A stretch of DNA of 24,000 nucleotides from Pseudomonadota bacterium (GTDB taxonomy: Bacteria > Myxococcota_A > UBA796 > CAJQPC01): NCBI GenBank assembly GCA_024228935.1, contig JAAESX010000231.1:32172-56171 (forward strand), given 5' to 3'. The translations under genes were made by a program, and so were the position numbers. Within the stretch, counting starts at the first letter, position 1; each line of letters starts with the position of its first letter. Under the pieces are notes generated by a model. That model saw only the letters and a list, made by a program, of their open reading frames with translations, made no database searches and was not told the origin of the DNA. This document shows, one piece after another, positions 22,867 to 24,000 of the stretch.

Positions 22867-23705
22867 GTGAAGAGCCGCCCCCCACGCAGGCGAAGGCCTT
22901 CGTCGATGAGGGCCTGGACCGCGTTCCCCACGCGCTCGGCCGCTTCGGCCACGGCATCCGGGTCGTCGGCGTCCGATGGGCGGTAGTCCCGGTCGATGGG
23001 GACCGGCTTGCCGTAGTGGATGCGGTACTTCACGGGGAGAGGCAGTGGCGTGGCCGGGATGGGCACGTACGGCAGGCCCATCGCCGGCACGTCGATGCGG
23101 GCGACCTGGGGCATCTGTTCTTCGGGCCCGACGAAGGCGACCGGGATCACGGGCGCCCCGTGGCGCATCGCCAGCTCGGCGTGACCGACCCGCCACTTCT
23201 GCAGCTTGTAGCGGTCGCGAAAGTGCTTGCCGATTCCGGGCGTCCCTTCCGGGAAGATCATCAGCAGCTCGCCGGCGCTCAGGAGCGCTCGGGCGTTCCC
23301 TCGGCTTCCGCCGACCATGCCGCCGCGGGCGAAGAACGTGCCGATGACGGGCAGGGCGGGGACGAAGTGATCGGCGATGGGGCGAGGGACGCGCGACGCC
23401 TTCAAGACGACGTCCGTCCACAGCATCATCCCGTCTGTGGGCACGGTTCCCGAGTGGTTGGCGGCCAACACGCCCGGTCCCGTCTTGGGGATGTTCTCGG
23501 TCCCGAAGCTCTCGACGCGGAAGTACCGCTTGTAGATCGGCATCGTGATGGCGAGGCCCATCTTCACGAAGTCGCGGTGCAGTCCGAACGGGTCGAACCC
23601 GTGTCCCGCGTCGCCAGGCATGTGGATGGCGTCGACGTGCGCGAGCGTCTCGGCGTCGAGGCGTCCCTGGGCGAACGTTCGGGCCAGCAGCGGAGGAAGC
23701 GGCAT
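22863..23705 (-). CDS. Lysophospholipid/1-acylglycerol-3-phosphate acyltransferase (PlsC-like) family protein
   Basis: Track ORF of 280 aa. Acyltransferase blocks VLAANHSGTVPTDG, FARGGMV, LMIFPEGTPG and PVIPVAFVG. Confidence 0.82.
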   Translation of the reverse strand: MPLPPLLARTFAQGRLDAETLAHVDAIHMPGDAGHGFDPFGLHRDFVKMGLAITMPIYKRYFRVESFGTENIPKTGPGVLAANHSGTVPTDGMMLWTDVVLKASRVPRPIADHFVPALPVIGTFFARGGMVGGSRGNARALLSAGELLMIFPEGTPGIGKHFRDRYKLQKWRVGHAELAMRHGAPVIPVAFVGPEEQMPQVARIDVPAMGLPYVPIPATPLPLPVKYRIHYGKPVPIDRDYRPSDADDPDAVAEAAERVGNAVQALIDEGLRLRGGRLFT

Positions 23706-23736
23706 GGCCCGGATCTATCACGCTACCCTGCAGGTC
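23706..23736. promoter_or_regulatory. 31-bp divergent intergenic region between the acyltransferase gene and the lipoprotein gene
   Basis: cccggatctatcacgctaccctgcaggtc lies between ATG 23705 (minus) and ATG 23737 (plus). It is too short to hold two full promoters. Confidence 0.3.
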
Positions 23737-24000
23737 ATGCGCTTCCATCCGTGGATCCCGATGGGGATCGTCTTCCTGGCCGCCTGTACTCCCGACGTGA
23801 GCGTCACGCCGGAGGCCGACGAGCCCCCCAATGCCTCGATCGTCAGCCCGACCGGCGACACGATCTTCGCCGATGGCCAGATCATCGAGCTCGTCGGAAC
23901 TGTCGGGGACCCGAACGGCTTGGACGATCTGGCCACGGTCTTCTGGAACAGCTCGATCGACGGAGAGATCGGCAACGCGACGCTGGCGGCGCCCGACACC
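23737..24000 (+). CDS. Lipoprotein with Ig-like/PKD-like first domain, 5' part only (runs off the window)
   Basis: Absent from the ORF track (no stop inside the window). My translation: MRFHPWIPMGIVFLAACTPDVSVTPEADEPPNASIVSPTGDTIFADGQIIELVGTVGDPNGLDDLATVFWNSSIDGEIGNATLAAPDT. It has a canonical signal with lipobox FLAAC, high G/C at third positions and 88 open codons to the edge. The 93-aa minus-strand track ORF here is its antisense shadow. Confidence 0.75.
   Translation, partial: MRFHPWIPMGIVFLAACTPDVSVTPEADEPPNASIVSPTGDTIFADGQIIELVGTVGDPNGLDDLATVFWNSSIDGEIGNATLAAPDT

Noticed and set aside
21895-23748. 617-aa minus-strand track ORF
   Set aside because: It over-extends through the acyltransferase gene in another frame. 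The SDR-like protein starts at ATG 22866.
23718-23999. 93-aa minus-strand track ORF at the right edge
   Set aside because: It is the antisense shadow of the plus-strand lipoprotein gene (23737-24000), which has a canonical signal peptide and proper G/C at third positions.

Overview
High-GC (roughly 70% by eye) bacterial chromosomal DNA. The lipobox proteins, very acidic exported proteins and gene content suggest a Myxococcota-like, possibly marine, organism, but this is inference only. I support 21 protein-coding genes and see no rRNA, tRNA, CRISPR array, transposase, integrase or terminal inverted repeats. All family calls rest on motif recognition by eye, since no database search was possible.

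Two genes are missing from the ORF track because they run off the window edges. One is a Type III Mod-like DNA methyltransferase (1-936, minus). The other is a lipoprotein gene (23737-24000, plus). Many long track ORFs are antisense or out-of-frame shadows, or 5' over-extensions, and several of their 'M' starts are actually GTG.

The dominant structure is a 21.3-kb run of 15 co-directional minus-strand genes (23705 down to 2359). Seven of its 14 junctions are 4-nt ATGA/GTGA stop/start overlaps. It divides into three blocks:
- (a) An acyltransferase, an atypical SDR and an acidic protein.
- (b) An ion-flux block: CPA2 antiporter, TrkA, TrkH, a 1,493-aa CPA2-like/pseudo-STAND fusion protein, an MscS-like channel and an arylsulfotransferase-family lipoprotein.
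- (c) A seven-gene cassette joining a MoxR AAA+ ATPase and a DUF58 (vWA) protein to an ABC ATPase, a double-size ABC-2 permease and three unassignable membrane proteins.

The best candidates for undescribed biology are the giant fusion protein in block (b) and the whole of cassette (c).
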